Shown one piece after another: positions 63,601 through 64,000 of a stretch of 64,000 nt of DNA. The notes beneath the pieces are model-generated. The model saw only the letters and a list, made by a program, of their open reading frames with translations. It made no database searches and was not told where the DNA came from. The stretch is from contig JBHGNT010000013.1 of the NCBI GenBank assembly GCA_043228905.1, forward strand, positions 14,570,001-14,634,000, written 5' to 3'. The translations under genes and the position numbers were made by a program. This DNA comes from Azolla caroliniana. Taxonomy: Eukaryota; Plantae; Polypodiophyta. The first letter of the stretch is position 1; every line of letters starts with the position of its first letter.

Positions 63601-64000
63601 AACGAATTCCTGGATCGCGATTGTAAGCGACAACATCCTTTTTGTGTATTCTGCAAAAAGAAGGGTCATACAAAAGATCAATGTCGAAAGCTCCAACGGA
63701 AAGAGCACGACAACAAAGCTAAAGCTGCAGACCATAAAGGTCAGATTCCTAATGTCCTTCAGGTCTATACACATCATTTAAGTAATTGTCAATGTTCTTT
63801 CCCTCACTATGTATTGGGTCCCAATGATTTACTACGTGCAAACGGGTATATCAATGGATCTCCCGTACAGTTTTTATTTGATTCGGGAAGCTCACACAAT
63901 TTTGTGAATGATCGTTTGGTTCAGATATGGGGAATCCAACCCACCGTAAGTGATCACACCTACACGGTGCACTTGGCTGATGGAAGAGTACAATACATCA
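60662..64000 (+). mobile_element. 5' part of a Ty3/Gypsy element (LTR ~60662-61116, PBS, long leader, gag, protease), continuing beyond the window
   Basis: It starts TGTTACGGG, has CTATAAATA, and has TGGTATCAGA at 61119. Frameshifted gag begins at ~62807 with CVFCKKKGHTKDQC. The protease motif FLFDSGSSHNFV is near 63870. Confidence 0.88.

Overview
This is a eukaryotic, repeat-saturated plant nuclear window. It is most likely from a non-angiosperm such as a fern, inferred from a plastid-derived psaM copy and a PLS-type PPR pseudogene. No intact host gene is recognisable. The window is a stack of nested, decayed transposons. It holds three full-length Ty1/Copia elements with paired LTRs, PBS, PPT and target-site duplications (5370-10717 minus, 18077-23787 plus, 37005-42425 plus), several Tnt1/Tork-like Copia hosts, Ty3/Gypsy remnants and solo LTRs. 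It also holds two L1-like LINE fragments, a short repeat-tailed LINE end, a non-autonomous hAT, a Mutator-like element carrying a 118-bp satellite with ABB higher-order structure, and a plastid insert (trnS-GCU, psaM). The best novelty candidates are: (1) a Gypsy LTR family that appears to carry an antisense tRNA-like A/B-box module near its 5' end in several copies; (2) a Copia family with an extra 3' module bracketed by duplicated PPTs, read in frame with pol in one copy; (3) solo LTRs with TGTCG...CGACA ends and apparent 4-bp TSDs. All alignments and counts were done by eye, so boundaries not anchored by TG..CA/TSD are approximate.
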